DNA from: Octopus vulgaris
Taxonomy: Eukaryota
Assembly: GCA_951406725.2 (NCBI GenBank)
Contig: OX597826.1
Location: 84,010,001-84,074,000 of the forward strand
DNA: 64,000 nt
Reading direction: 5' to 3'
Below are positions 62,618 through 64,000 of this stretch, piece by piece (position 1 is the first letter of the stretch; every line of letters begins with the position of its first letter). The translations under genes and the position numbers were made by a program. A model generated the notes under the pieces. The model did no database searches, was not told the origin of the DNA, and saw only the letters and a program-made list of their open reading frames with translations.

Positions 62618-64000
62618 GTAAACAAGAATTCTATTCCGTTCTTTCATTTAACCTTTTTATTGGATTGTGATGATTGGCAGTTTGCTATACTCAATAAAAC
62701 CTATCTGTACCCAACCTATCCTCTCAATTCATACTCATAACACACATCTCTTTGTCAGTCTTCTAACTGTGGTACTATTTACTCAGTGGCTGTAATTTTA
62801 TGAGAGTAGAACTGTGCATATTTCATCCCTCTTTCGTGCTACCAGTCATCTTTCTTGGCTTCACTTCTTCGTGTTACCCATCCAGCATTTATAATATCAT
62901 CTCTTACCACTTTATTTTCCAGTGAATACACCTCTGCCCTGAACAGCTTCTCTTATTTGCCATTGATCTCCCCCTGCCTCTCTTTGCCAATCTCTGTATC
63001 CATTCCTACATGCCTTTTACCATCTCTTTGTCATATGCATCCCTATCTTTCTCCTCCTCACACACTTCACATCATTTTTCAGGTTTTTCATCTAACTACA
63101 GTTTTATTATGCTGCTCTCCACTCCATTCCTCTTTTTGTAATGGCCATTTATCACCCCTCCTTGACCCACTCTTATTTCTTCCACTTCTCTCTCACCAAA
63201 ACTGATATTCATCATTGACTATGCCTTCAACGCTGTTCACTATTTACTGCATTCACCTTTTAACCATGAATCACTCTCCTTTCACACTTGCATGAACCTA
63301 CTTGCTCACCCTTCTCAATCCTGTGTCCCATTTTTCTCTTTATCTACCTTCTTCTTTGAGAGTATGTTCTGACATGTTATCATCTGCATGTTTATCTCTT
63401 TTCAGCTGTGTAGCCATGTATCTTTCTCTGCAGCAAGTCGTTGCTTATGTTTCCCCATCATACTTTAGTCTCTCAACACATGGTGCAAACCATCTATATC
63501 TCCCTCTCTCTACTACTTCACCACTCATTTTGAGTGGGGGTTGTATTGTGAGGTACTTGATGATGCCACAGAAAAGCACTCAGTCCAATTCTCATTCAGA
63601 AGGCTATTTAACCATAGAAACAATACTAAAGCAGACATTGGATGCTTGATGTATTCTGCAGGCGGATCAGATCCTTTTAAAGTTGTAAAAAATTTATATT
63701 AGCAATAGAGGCAGTATTTTAATAGTGAAAAGTAATCTTTATCCCCAGTTAAATGTGGATGTTCTGTTAGAACAAACTATACTGCACTAGATACCACGAG
63801 AGAAACTTTCATATTGGCTTTTGGTGCAAAATGCACTCTTGTTTATATTGCGGGTGGAGAGATAAATCTTCCAGATTGAGACCACCAGATCACATGATTT
63901 TGACCTTCTTTGGTTTTGTCAATGATGAATGCTTGACCGCTAGAGATAGCTGTCCAACCTATGCCAACATGGAAGATGGACATTAAATGATGATGTTGGA

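Overview
Eukaryotic, AT-rich, repeat-dominated 64-kb window. The SINE and RTE families and the (TA)n/(GAT)n tracts suggest an octopus or other cephalopod genome (inference). Two host genes are supported: an intronless NUDCD2 (16288-16749, +), and the first three coding exons of a SOL/calpain-15-type gene (54988-55186, 60781-61343, 62430-62617, +) encoding six RanBP2-type zinc fingers and the start of the CysPc domain up to the catalytic Cys. The rest is layered transposon sequence: (1) a near-full-length RTE LINE split by a 3.1-kb non-autonomous CsRN1-like Gypsy LTR element with 575-bp LTRs and a tRNA-Trp PBS; (2) a decayed RLE-type (HERO-like) non-LTR element inserted into a Gypsy pol relic; (3) an ~8.4-kb Naiad-like Penelope element bounded by 311-bp pseudo-LTRs, with nested piggyBac, Helitron, RTE and unclassified insertions, and an in-frame TGA at a Cys position of its endonuclease zinc finger (candidate selenocysteine); (4) a second Penelope relic with an inverted pseudo-LTR carrying a minimal hammerhead ribozyme; (5) a mariner relic plus many RTE 3' fragments and tRNA-derived SINEs. 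All calls come from reading the sequence by eye; no database searches were run, and repeat boundaries are approximate unless termini are quoted.
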